Source: a bacterium
GTDB taxonomy: Bacteria > Armatimonadota > Zipacnadia > Zipacnadales > Zipacnadaceae
Direction of reading: 5' to 3'
Length of the DNA: 64,000 bases
Assembly: GCA_030602615.1 (NCBI GenBank)
Contig: JAUVZM010000004.1
Location: 17,170 to 81,169 of the forward strand
This document shows positions 27,693 through 36,832 of this stretch, piece after piece (position 1 is the stretch's first letter; the number at the start of each line of letters is the position of its first letter). The notes below the pieces were generated by a model. That model searched no databases. It was not told the DNA's origin and saw nothing but the letters and a program-made list of their open reading frames with translations. The translations under genes were made by a program, and so were the position numbers.

Positions 27693-27742
27693 CATAGCTT
27701 TAGCGAAGGCGGATGCCCTGTCCCCTCCCGTAAGGGCGCGGC
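27693..27742. repeat. repeat-C copy (..gggcatccgccttcgctaaagctatgccggac.., minus-strand orientation)
   Basis: matches 40575-40607, 38147-38195, 9040-9072, 45289-45326. Confidence 0.5.
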
Positions 27743-27753
27743 AAGCAGCGCCC

Positions 27754-28032
27754 CTACGGTGATTTCTCGTCCGACTCGTCCGGTGGCGTGAACGGCATGG
27801 GGCGGCCGCCGGATTGGGCCTCTTCCTGGAGGTCGCGCATTTTGCGGCTGTACTTGAGGCCGGCGCGGATGCGGGCCAGGCGGCGGATGAAGATGAGAAT
27901 CACCAGCACCCCGGAGATGCCGTAATAAACGTACTTGTAGAAGTCAGGGAACCAGCCCAGAAAGGCCACCGGCCAGAAGCCGATGATGATGCCGATCATA
28001 ATGACGCCTTCAATAAGCTCGTCGCGGCTCAT
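27754..28032 (-). CDS. small membrane protein (2 TM)
   Basis: 92 aa; start overlaps stop of upstream 321-aa gene (ATGA). Confidence 0.45.
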   Translation of the reverse strand: MSRDELIEGVIMIGIIIGFWPVAFLGWFPDFYKYVYYGISGVLVILIFIRRLARIRAGLKYSRKMRDLQEEAQSGGRPMPFTPPDESDEKSP

Positions 28033-28997
28033 CAGCGGCCGCCTCCGCTGGGCTCAAGCTGGCGCAGAGAGACAAGGGCCTCGTAGATGCTCATACGCAG
28101 CGCATCGTCCAGGGGTAGCTCGTCGAGAGGTTCGGTCCAGTTGCTCAGCTCCTGGTTGGCTTCCTCGTCGAGCTGGGTCAGGTCGTCAGCCAGTTGCCGG
28201 GTCTGCGGGGAGCCGTGGGTCTGGCGGAACTGGGTGAGGCGTTGGTGCAGCTCATCGGCAGCCTGTTGCCGCTGTTCAATAGCCTCGCGATTGACGCGTA
28301 GCTCGCGGCTGCGCAGACGCTCCAGCCAGGTATTGCGGGGCAGTTCGTGCAGATAACCACGGGCGACCAGCGCTTCCTCGATGTAGTTGCACAGATCGCC
28401 GTAGACGCCTTCGCGCTTCCAGAAGCTGATCTCAGCGCGCGCCACCCGCAAGATGTGCTCGAGCAGCTCATCCAGCGAGATCCACAGATCCTCAGTATCT
28501 TCTTCATCCGTGCCGATTCCACGCTGCTTGTAGATGATATTAAAACTCACATTGAGGCAGTCCAGCAGCGGCGAGGAAGTGAGCACGTCGCTGCGCCGGA
28601 CCTGCAGCTCCCAGGCCTTGTGAGGAAAGGGCGGAATCATAGTCGCGTCGCGTGCGACTATGCGGAACTGCAGGCGCTCCTGCTGATACTGCTCAACCAA
28701 AGTGGCGTAGATGAGGCGGTTGGCCTGATCGCGCAGGCTGACCGGCTCGCCGGAAAGCGGCGCGGTGCCAGTGGTATGCGCAGAGCCTTCAGCGCTGACC
28801 GTCCCCACGAACTGCTCGGCGAACAGGAAAACTGTCTCGTCAGGCGCCAGGGGGCCACGCGGGGTCGGCAGCTCAATAATCTCCTCAACAGGTTCGCCGC
28901 GCAGGGCACCCGTGGTTAGCGATTGCCAGATTTTGTGACCGTACCACAGGACAAATATCCCGACCAGGCCCAGAATTACGGCGATTGCGATGGCCAT
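28032..28997 (-). CDS. membrane-anchored hypothetical protein with C-terminal coiled coil
   Basis: 321 aa; N-terminal TM helix; starts 1 nt after folE2 stop. Confidence 0.45.
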   Translation of the reverse strand: MAIAIAVILGLVGIFVLWYGHKIWQSLTTGALRGEPVEEIIELPTPRGPLAPDETVFLFAEQFVGTVSAEGSAHTTGTAPLSGEPVSLRDQANRLIYATLVEQYQQERLQFRIVARDATMIPPFPHKAWELQVRRSDVLTSSPLLDCLNVSFNIIYKQRGIGTDEEDTEDLWISLDELLEHILRVARAEISFWKREGVYGDLCNYIEEALVARGYLHELPRNTWLERLRSRELRVNREAIEQRQQAADELHQRLTQFRQTHGSPQTRQLADDLTQLDEEANQELSNWTEPLDELPLDDALRMSIYEALVSLRQLEPSGGGR

Positions 28998-29804
28998 CTA
29001 TTCTCCGCCACTCTCCGCATAGGCATAAGCGGTGTGATTATGGATTGACTCGTAACTCTTACATTCTACCGAAAACCAGGTGATAGTGGCAAGCGCGCGC
29101 AGCGCCAGGACCGTATCACGCACGACATCCTCGACAAACTTGGGATTGTCATAAGCAGCTTCGGTGACCAACTTTTCATCGCTGCGCTTGAGCATTGGGA
29201 AAACCTCGTAGCTGCCCTGCTGCTCCAGCAGCGGGACGAGGTCCTCCAGCCAGATGATGAAGTCGCCACGGCTGCGCAACCGCACAGTAAGCTGGGCGCG
29301 CTGGCTGTGAGCGCCGTAGTCGGAGATTTCCTTGGAGCAGGGGCAGAGCGTCATTATGGGCACGGTCGCGCCCAGGGTGAAACGGTAATCATCGTCGCTG
29401 ATCTGGCCGGCGAACAGGCAGTCATAGTCCAGTGACGATCTCAGCCCGCTGGCCGGGGAGTCCTTCTCCAGGAAATACTTGAAGGTCAACTGTAACTGGG
29501 CAGCCTGCGCGTCAAATGCACTGCGAATCTCCTCCAGCATCTGGCGGATCTCGTCGGTAGCCACCGGCTGGCGGCTCCACTCCGAGAGGATCTCCACAAA
29601 ACGGCTCATATGGGTACCCCGCTCGTGGTGCGGGAGCTGGACACTGACGTCGAACTCGCCGAGGACCCGCGCCATCCCGCCGTCTTTTTCGCGGATCATC
29701 ACCGGCAGGTGGATGTCGCGCACGCCTACCCGATCAATGGTAATGCCACGATTGTCTCGCTCCGCGGCTACGTCATCCATAAACTTGACACATCCAATAC
29801 ACAA
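28998..29804 (-). CDS. folE2: GTP cyclohydrolase FolE2/MptA family (GTP cyclohydrolase IB)
   Basis: ITIDRVGVRDIHLPV...VQLPHHERGTHMSRFVEIL and CPCSKE motifs; true start may be the internal ATG at 29780. Confidence 0.8.
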   Translation of the reverse strand: MCIGCVKFMDDVAAERDNRGITIDRVGVRDIHLPVMIREKDGGMARVLGEFDVSVQLPHHERGTHMSRFVEILSEWSRQPVATDEIRQMLEEIRSAFDAQAAQLQLTFKYFLEKDSPASGLRSSLDYDCLFAGQISDDDYRFTLGATVPIMTLCPCSKEISDYGAHSQRAQLTVRLRSRGDFIIWLEDLVPLLEQQGSYEVFPMLKRSDEKLVTEAAYDNPKFVEDVVRDTVLALRALATITWFSVECKSYESIHNHTAYAYAESGGE

Positions 29805-29921
29805 GAGACAGCACAGAAGTCGGCTGAGATACTTCAGGGGACAGTTCCCCAGCGGCGCCCCAATGACCTCCTGCTCTGCCAGTCGGGAATGAGTCCGGGG
29901 GGCACAAAACTGGTCGGAGGG

Positions 29922-29971
29922 AGGTAATCCACCGAGTCGCGGCAGGAATGCCGCTCCTACCGGTGAGGAAG
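29922..29971. repeat. internally deleted REP-B copy
   Basis: ggtcggagggaggtaatcc...gtcgcggcaggaatgccgctcctacc. Confidence 0.6.
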
Positions 29972-29987
29972 GGTAACGAGGGACGGG

Positions 29988-31883
29988 TCAGGCGGTGGCG
30001 CGCTTGGCGCGTTTGGCTTGCTTGGTGCGGTACATGGCCTGGTCGGCCTGGGCGAGGACCTCCTCGACAGCAACATCCGTGCCCGGCTCATAGCAGGCCA
30101 CGCCCATGCTGAAGCCGAGATCCGCCGGCAGATCGGGGGGTAGTGCGCCATCCCTGGCCCGTTGGTCCAGCCAGTCGGCGAAGGCCTGCTGGAAGCGCTC
30201 GACAGCGACGTGGGCCTGCTCAGTGCCGGTCTCGGGCATCACCACCAGGAACTCGTCGCCGCCGTAGCGGATGACGACATCGGCGGCGCGGCTGGTCTGG
30301 TCCAGCGCGTGGGCCACGCCCTGCAGAATCTGGTCGCCGACCAGATGGCCGCAGTTGTCATTGACCGCCTTCAGGTCGTCAATATCGCCCATTATGAAGC
30401 TGACGTGGTGGCCGTAGCGGTCGGCACGCTTGATCTCCTGGATGATGGTTTCGTTAAAGTAGCGGCGGTTGTAGACGCCAGTGAGGGTGTCGCGGACCAG
30501 TTGGTGGTTAAGCTCCTGCCACAGCTTCTTAGTTTCGGTGATGTCACGGGCGAAGCTGACAATGAATTCATTCTCGCGCAGCTCAACTAAGGTCGCGGCA
30601 ACTTCCAGGTCAACCAGCGTACCGTCCTTGTGCCGGATAGCAGACTCAAAGCGGTGCGAGCCGGCTTGCATCACCTGCTGCATAACCTCGCCCACATCTT
30701 CAGCGGTCATCTGTGCGACCAGGTCACCAATCTTCATAGCCAGCAGCTCGTCCTGTGAATATCCCGCTATCTCACAAAAGGCCTCATTGCACTCGATAAT
30801 ACTGCCATCGGGCCCCATTATCATAACGCCGTCCATAGATGTGCGCAGGATGGTCTCGTTGCGCTGATGGGCAGCTTGCAGCTCTTGTTCGGCGCGCTTG
30901 CGGGCGGTGATGTCAACGAAGCGGCCCTGGAGGACTTGACGTCCGGCAATGTCGGTGAGAACGGCGCTGATGTAGACGGGAACGGTGCTGTCGTCCTTGC
31001 GGATTACTTCGGCCTCAAACTCAGCAGCGCGGCCCTGCTCTATGTGGCGGGCGAACATCTGCTTGTACTGTTCGACCTTGTCCGGCGGGTGGAGTTGGGT
31101 CTGGTGCATCTGCAGGAGCTCTGAGTGGGTATGTCCGGTAAGATTCGCCGCGGCCTCGTTAGCGTCCAACAACATGCCGGTCTGCGGGTCAGCCAGGAAG
31201 ATAGCATCAACAGCGGTGTCGAATAGCACACGGAATCGTTCTTCGCTCTCGCGGAGCTCCTCTTCGGTCTGCTTGCGCTCGATGATGTGGCCGAGGCGTT
31301 CGGCAACGGTCTCGATCAGCCTGCGCTCCTCTTTGCTGAAGGGTCCTTCGTCGGCCTCCGGGCGCTCCTCGTGATAACAGACTCTGATCGCTCCGCTGAC
31401 CTCGCCGTGCATGCGGATATCGGCGGACTGGCACCACTGGCTTTGCTGAGAATCCGGCGAGGCATACTCGCGGTCGTCCACGATAATGCGGGCGGAGGCA
31501 ATGTCGGGGTACTGCCAACTGCCCGGCAGGATATTGACGACGTCCTGAAGCAACTCGTCAAGGTCGGCCTCGGGCGATGATTCTACTATGCTGCTGATGC
31601 CATACAAGCAGTTAAGCTCTTTGTTGCGCTCGCGCAGGACTGTTTCGGCCTGCGTGCGCCTGATGGTAGCGACGTAGGCATAGACACCAAACGGAATGAC
31701 AAGGATGGCAACCAATGAACGCACCCAGAGTGCATGCGCATCGGGGGCGAATAACTGCTGGGCGAAGCTGCCGTCGTGAAGGATGAAGGCGTGTACGGCG
31801 GCCTCAATAATCCAGTAGAGGACGGCCAGTGCGATTCCCACCACTATGAAGTGACGGTCCTGATGTTTGCTGCTATTCTTCAT
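29988..31883 (-). CDS. membrane sensor diguanylate cyclase (2 TM, PAS/PAC domains, GGDEF)
   Basis: RYGGDEFLVV GGDEF signature; PAS-like repeats; start taken at ATG 31883 with SD ggagg (the longer ORF up to 32054 would overlap the HD-GYP gene). Confidence 0.8.
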   Translation of the reverse strand: MKNSSKHQDRHFIVVGIALAVLYWIIEAAVHAFILHDGSFAQQLFAPDAHALWVRSLVAILVIPFGVYAYVATIRRTQAETVLRERNKELNCLYGISSIVESSPEADLDELLQDVVNILPGSWQYPDIASARIIVDDREYASPDSQQSQWCQSADIRMHGEVSGAIRVCYHEERPEADEGPFSKEERRLIETVAERLGHIIERKQTEEELRESEERFRVLFDTAVDAIFLADPQTGMLLDANEAAANLTGHTHSELLQMHQTQLHPPDKVEQYKQMFARHIEQGRAAEFEAEVIRKDDSTVPVYISAVLTDIAGRQVLQGRFVDITARKRAEQELQAAHQRNETILRTSMDGVMIMGPDGSIIECNEAFCEIAGYSQDELLAMKIGDLVAQMTAEDVGEVMQQVMQAGSHRFESAIRHKDGTLVDLEVAATLVELRENEFIVSFARDITETKKLWQELNHQLVRDTLTGVYNRRYFNETIIQEIKRADRYGHHVSFIMGDIDDLKAVNDNCGHLVGDQILQGVAHALDQTSRAADVVIRYGGDEFLVVMPETGTEQAHVAVERFQQAFADWLDQRARDGALPPDLPADLGFSMGVACYEPGTDVAVEEVLAQADQAMYRTKQAKRAKRATA

Positions 31884-31959
31884 CTGGTGGCGGCCTCCAG
31901 TTGGCAGCTCAGGTTCACGCCGATAATTGTGCCCATAGCAGGCAAAGGCTGAAAGCTGC

Positions 31960-32667
31960 CTAGGCTGCTTTGAGCTTCCTGTCCTGGATGATGTCAATGA
32001 AGAGCCCGGCCGCCTCCGGATCAAATTGGCCGCCAGCGCCGGTGTGCAGCTCATCCAAGACCACCGACTCAGCTAGCGCCGGGCGGTAGGGGCGGTCGGA
32101 GCACATCGCGTCATAGGAATCTACGACCGCCATAATCCGGGCTTCGGGGCGAATCTCCTCGCCAGCCAGGCCCTCGGGGTAACCATCCCCGTCCCAGCGC
32201 TCGTGGTGCTGGTGGATGATCCGGGCCACTTCGATCAGGCGGGGGATGGCCCCCTCCCACAGCTCACGGCCCAGCAGCGGGTGCATATAGATAACCCGCC
32301 ACTCAAAGTCGTCCAGCGGGCCAGGCTTGTTGAGAATGGCGCTGATGATGCCGATCTTGCCGATATCGTGGAAGTCGGCGGCAATCTGCAGGGTGCGGAG
32401 CTGGTCATCGTCCAGCCCCAGCACCTCGCCCAAAATGCGGGCATACTGGCGCACCCGCTGGCAGTGGCCGACGGTGTAATTATCCTTCTGCTCTACGGTG
32501 GCATTGAGCAGTTGCAGACTCCACAGCCGCGACGGTGGCGCGCCCGCCAGGACGCCACCAAGCCCGTTGCTCCACCGGGCGCCTGACCCGTTAGAGTCGT
32601 CCGGCCAACCGGTTGTTGGATTCACTGTATCTATCTCCCTCGCGTTCTTCCTTATTACACAATCCAC
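31960..32667 (-). CDS. HD-GYP domain phosphohydrolase (putative c-di-GMP phosphodiesterase)
   Basis: HD motif AADFHDIGKIGI and HHERWDGDGYP. Confidence 0.8.
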   Translation of the reverse strand: MDCVIRKNAREIDTVNPTTGWPDDSNGSGARWSNGLGGVLAGAPPSRLWSLQLLNATVEQKDNYTVGHCQRVRQYARILGEVLGLDDDQLRTLQIAADFHDIGKIGIISAILNKPGPLDDFEWRVIYMHPLLGRELWEGAIPRLIEVARIIHQHHERWDGDGYPEGLAGEEIRPEARIMAVVDSYDAMCSDRPYRPALAESVVLDELHTGAGGQFDPEAAGLFIDIIQDRKLKAA

Positions 32668-32766
32668 CTCATCATTAGTGATATTGGCCGCGGGGGAGGG
32701 GAACTTGAATAACCACGACGGTTAGGGAGGTAAGTTAAAGCCGATGAGGAAGGTGCCACCCTAACT

Positions 32767-32839
32767 TGGTAGGAGGGACATTCTTGTCCCGACCGGCACG
32801 TCAATTCGGACATCGTCGCGGCAGGAATGCCGCTCCTAC
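32767..32839. repeat. REP-B element copy
   Basis: ggtaggagggacattcttgtcccgaccggcacgtcaattcggacatcgtcgcggcaggaatgccgctcctacc. Confidence 0.8.
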
Positions 32840-32901
32840 CAGGAGGGTTTGGAATTGATAACTCTGTTTGAGCCGCATAGCGTTCAGGGAGGGATCTCCT
32901 A

Positions 32902-33975
32902 ATGGCAACGCCACGACTGGGGATTATTGGGCTGGGGACCTTTGGCATCAATCACCTGCGCTGTTTCCGGCAGTTGGGCTACACCGGCACCGCCCAGTTG
33001 GTGGCCGGCTGTGAAGTAAACGAGAGCCTGCTGGAAGAGCGTCAGGAAGAGTTCGACTTTGCGCCGTATACCGATTACGCCGAGATGCTGGACAAAGAGC
33101 AGCTTGACGGGGTCACTGTGGTCACGCCCGACCACCTGCACCACGATATCGTGGTGGCTGCCGCCCAGGCGGGGGTCAATGTGCTGTGCGAAAAGCCGCT
33201 GGATGTCACTGCCAAGGGCTGCGTGGAGATGATTGAGGCCTGCCAGAAGGCGGGCGTGCTGCTGCAGGTGGATTTTCACAAGCGCTACGACGAATACCAT
33301 CGGCGGATGCGCCAGAAGATTGCCGCCGGCGACCTGGGCGCGATTGAGTACGGCTACGTGCATATGGAAGACCGCGTTGAAGTGCCCCGCGACTGGTTCC
33401 CGGGCTGGGCCAAGAGCAGCTCACCGGCATGGTTTCTGGGCATCCACTTCTACGACCTGGCCCGCTGGCTGCTGGACGCCGACGGGCAGGCGGTCTGGGC
33501 GACTGGTCGCCAGGATAAGCTGGCCGAGCTGGGCATCGGGGGCTGGGATTCGATATCGGCCAAGGTCGTCTTCGACAACGGCACGACGGTGGCTTTTGAT
33601 ACCGCCTGGATTCTGCCCGACGGCTTCCCGGCCATCGTCAACCAGGGCATCCGGCTGGTGGGCACGGAGGGGCTGCTGGAATGTGACTCGCAGGATCGGG
33701 GGACGATGACCGTATGCAGCGGCGATGAACCGGCCAATCAGACGCATAACGAGAGCTTCCTGCGCGTGCGCAGCGATGTCCAGGGCCGCGAGGTGTGGGA
33801 GGGCTACGGGATGACCAGCATCGAGCATTTCGTGAGCAATGTGGATATGCTGCTGGAGGGCGGCACGCTCCAGGATCTGGGCGACTATCCGGACGGCAAC
33901 GATGGGCTGCAGGCTACCAAAATCGCCACCGCCGTCCACGAGAGCCTGGAGACGGGAAACGTAGTGCAGATATAG
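32902..33975 (+). CDS. Gfo/Idh/MocA family NAD(P)-dependent oxidoreductase
   Basis: N-terminal Rossmann LGIIGLGTFGINH; EKPL motif VLCEKPL. Confidence 0.8.
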   Translation: MATPRLGIIGLGTFGINHLRCFRQLGYTGTAQLVAGCEVNESLLEERQEEFDFAPYTDYAEMLDKEQLDGVTVVTPDHLHHDIVVAAAQAGVNVLCEKPLDVTAKGCVEMIEACQKAGVLLQVDFHKRYDEYHRRMRQKIAAGDLGAIEYGYVHMEDRVEVPRDWFPGWAKSSSPAWFLGIHFYDLARWLLDADGQAVWATGRQDKLAELGIGGWDSISAKVVFDNGTTVAFDTAWILPDGFPAIVNQGIRLVGTEGLLECDSQDRGTMTVCSGDEPANQTHNESFLRVRSDVQGREVWEGYGMTSIEHFVSNVDMLLEGGTLQDLGDYPDGNDGLQATKIATAVHESLETGNVVQI

Positions 33976-33981
33976 GGGGAC

Positions 33982-34030
33982 GGATAGTGGATAGTGGTTA
34001 GTGGACAGTGGACAGTGGACAGTGGACAGT
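33982..34030 (+). repeat. heptanucleotide microsatellite: (GGATAGT)2 (GGTTAGT)1 (GGACAGT)4
   Basis: seven tandem 7-nt units between Gfo/Idh/MocA stop and rmlD start. Confidence 0.9.
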
Positions 34031-34097
34031 GAACGACGAACAGCCCCACGCTTCCTCAGACGATGCCGGCCAGACCAGGCAGCAGGAGAACGAGAGG

Positions 34098-35003
34098 ATG
34101 ACCGAACTGAGGGACGACAAGCTGGTGATAATCACCGGTTCAGTGGGGATGCTGGGGTCGGCGCTGATGGAGCTGGCGCCGGCGGCGGTGCGCGCGGTCG
34201 GCGTGGACATCGCTGACGGTGACCTGAGTACTGATGCGGGAATCACCAGTGCGCTAGGGCCGTCTGAACCTGACGTGGTGATTCATTGCGCGGGTTATAC
34301 TGATGTGGACGGCGCCACCAGTGAGCCGGAGCTGGCCCAGCGACATAATGCGCTGGCGACTGAAAAGGTGGCAGGCTTTTGTGCCGAGCGCGGCGCCAGG
34401 CTGATCTATATCAGCACTGATTATGTCTTCGACGGGACCAGGGGCAGCCCGTACACCGAAGAGGATACGCCCAAGCCGATAAACGCCTACGGGCGGTCGA
34501 AGCTGGCCGGTGAGCAGGCCACGCAGCAGATCGCTGCCGACTGTCTGATTGTGCGGACGCAGTGGCTGTTCGGGCCGGGAGGGCGCAATTTCGTCGCGGG
34601 CATCGTTGACCACGCCCGTCAGGGCGGCGAGGTGTGGGGGGTAGTTGACGAGATTGGCTCGCCGACCTACACTCGGGATATGGCAACGGCGTTGTGGCAA
34701 CTGGTCGAGAGGCCAGTCAGCGGCATTGTGCACCTGACCAACAGCGGCTACTGCTCGCGGGCGGAGCTGGCGCGGGGGGCGCTGGATGCCGCCGGCCTGG
34801 CCGAAGTACCAATTAGCGAGATTTCCTGTGCAGATTGGGATAGTCCCACCCAGCGGCCGGCGTTCTCGGTGCTTGACAATCGGCGGTGGCGGGAGTTAGG
34901 ATTAACTCCACTGCGGGCATGGCAGGAAGCGATGGCCGAGTACGTCAAGCTGTATCTGCTTGAAACCTGCACAGACAGGTTGACCGAATTCCAAGACATG
35001 TAA
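34098..35003 (+). CDS. rmlD: dTDP-4-dehydrorhamnose reductase
   Basis: LVIITGSVGMLGSAL Rossmann; YxxxK as NAYGRSK; STDYVFDG block; start at ATG 34098 (SD gagagg), not the repeat-encoded upstream Met. Confidence 0.8.
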   Translation: MTELRDDKLVIITGSVGMLGSALMELAPAAVRAVGVDIADGDLSTDAGITSALGPSEPDVVIHCAGYTDVDGATSEPELAQRHNALATEKVAGFCAERGARLIYISTDYVFDGTRGSPYTEEDTPKPINAYGRSKLAGEQATQQIAADCLIVRTQWLFGPGGRNFVAGIVDHARQGGEVWGVVDEIGSPTYTRDMATALWQLVERPVSGIVHLTNSGYCSRAELARGALDAAGLAEVPISEISCADWDSPTQRPAFSVLDNRRWRELGLTPLRAWQEAMAEYVKLYLLETCTDRLTEFQDM

Positions 35004-35045
35004 ACGGAGGAAACTAAGGGGAGGATGGAATAGGAGGACTACCTT

Positions 35046-36209
35046 ATGCCTCGCAGATCCTTCGAAGTTCCCGTGGAACCCGGGGTTCTTATATGGGCGA
35101 GAGAGACCATAGGGTTGTCTCCTGCGGATGTGGCGAAGCGCCTCAATGTATCCGAAGACTTGGTGAATAGATGGGAATGCGGAGAGAGAAAACCTACCGT
35201 CAAGACTTTGGAGAAGCTGGCCGTTGCTTACAAACGTCCACTTGCCGCTTTCTTCTTGCCCGCAGCACCTGTAGAACTCCCTTTGCCATCAGACTATCGT
35301 CGTTTCCCCTCAGACACAAAAGAACCGTTGTCACCAAAGACCCGTCTAGCGATACGACGGGCGCGACGCCTGCAGTCCATCGCGGCGGAGCTAGCAGCAA
35401 CGCTGAATCGGAGGGGCACGATGACGATGGGGGGACTTGAGGCATCGGAGGATCCAGAAACTGCAGCCAACAAGGTTCGAGAGGGACTACGGGTTGGCAT
35501 CGAGACCCAGCTTGCATGGAGGGACGCACGTCATGCGCTCAATAGCTGGAGAGACGTAGTGGAAGAGTCTGGCGTGTTGGTGTCGCAAACGGCAATATCG
35601 AGAGAAAGAATTAGAGCGTTTTGTCTCGCCGAACCGCAACCTCCCATTATCGTGTTGAACTCTCGACATTCAGTGACAGGGAGAATCTTCTCCCTCTTCC
35701 ACGAGTATGCTCATATCCTTCTGGGTAGTGGTGGGATATGCACTATGGAGGAGGCAGACGAACAAACAGAAATATTCTGCAATCATTTCGCGGGAGCATT
35801 CCTCGTGACTGAGCGAGATTTCCGAGAGCATTCATTGACGGGCAACCTAGTAAGCTCACCGTCTTTTCCGCACGACTTCGACGACGCTCTATACCAGCTT
35901 GCCAAGGCATTCAAAGTGAGCAGAGAAGTGATATTGCGTAGAATGCTGATACTCGGTCTAGTCGAAAAAAGCGTCTACGAGCGAAAGAGAAGAGAATGGG
36001 AAGCAAGGGAATGGCAACAAGAAGGGGCTGGAGGGCGTGGACGCGATATGGCAAGAGAATGCATTGGCAAGAATGGTGCTCGCTTTGTTTCACTTGTCCT
36101 GGAGGCGCACAGGAGAGACAGAATCACCTACAGCGACGTTGCAGACTATCTGGGTGTTCGAACTAAGCATTTTGGTGAGATTGAGCAACTCATTGCCCAG
36201 AAAGCTTGA
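35046..36209 (+). CDS. HTH_XRE DNA-binding domain fused to ImmA/IrrE-family (COG2856) zinc metallopeptidase, cassette 1
   Basis: N-terminal XRE HTH (LSPADVAKRLNVSEDLVNRWECGERKP); HExxH as FHEYAHILLG. Confidence 0.75.
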   Translation: MPRRSFEVPVEPGVLIWARETIGLSPADVAKRLNVSEDLVNRWECGERKPTVKTLEKLAVAYKRPLAAFFLPAAPVELPLPSDYRRFPSDTKEPLSPKTRLAIRRARRLQSIAAELAATLNRRGTMTMGGLEASEDPETAANKVREGLRVGIETQLAWRDARHALNSWRDVVEESGVLVSQTAISRERIRAFCLAEPQPPIIVLNSRHSVTGRIFSLFHEYAHILLGSGGICTMEEADEQTEIFCNHFAGAFLVTERDFREHSLTGNLVSSPSFPHDFDDALYQLAKAFKVSREVILRRMLILGLVEKSVYERKRREWEAREWQQEGAGGRGRDMARECIGKNGARFVSLVLEAHRRDRITYSDVADYLGVRTKHFGEIEQLIAQKA

Positions 36210-36688
36210 GTCGAATGAAGCTACCTTTCCCCGGCCGGTGCTGCATAGACACGTCTGCCCTGATTGACTTGAGCATGCAGTACCCTGTTGATGTCTTTCC
36301 ATCACTGTGGGCCGACCTTGAGAGCCTTAAGTCCAATGACCGGTTGACTGCACCGCGTCAAGTTTTTGAGGAACTTCGGCGCAAAAGCGACGCACTCTTG
36401 GAATGGGCAAGAGCTAACAAAGACATGTTCGCAGAGGTGACCGAAGAGCAGAGAGGCCTGGTGAGTGGTATTCTCTCCAAGTTTCCTGAGCTCATAGACG
36501 TCAAGAAAGAAACTGCAGAGGCTGATCCTTTTGTGATTGCCCTGGCGATTAGTGACAGTTGTGCTGTTGTGACGTCGGAACGGCCTGGCACCCCTAGCAG
36601 ACCCAAGATTCCAGATGTGTGCGACCACTACGAGGTAGAATGCCTGTCTCTGGTTGAGTTCTTTCGACAGGAGGATTGGGAGTACTAG
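36206..36688 (+). CDS. PIN-like nuclease-fold protein (DUF4411-type), cassette 1 partner
   Basis: N-terminal CCIDTSALIDL...DVFPSLWADLE resembles DUF4411 start; ATGA overlap with upstream peptidase gene. Confidence 0.6.
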   Translation: MSRMKLPFPGRCCIDTSALIDLSMQYPVDVFPSLWADLESLKSNDRLTAPRQVFEELRRKSDALLEWARANKDMFAEVTEEQRGLVSGILSKFPELIDVKKETAEADPFVIALAISDSCAVVTSERPGTPSRPKIPDVCDHYEVECLSLVEFFRQEDWEY

Positions 36689-36832
36689 CTTTCTCTCTAT
36701 ACCCGCGGTGGGCAGCGCTGGGCTTTGCTCCGCTGCGACCGTGGCAGGAGGCAGTAGGCCATTATCTCCGCACTTATCTAACCGACTAAGCAGGAGGCCA
36801 TAGACAGGCAGCATTTGCCGTGATAGGAGGCA

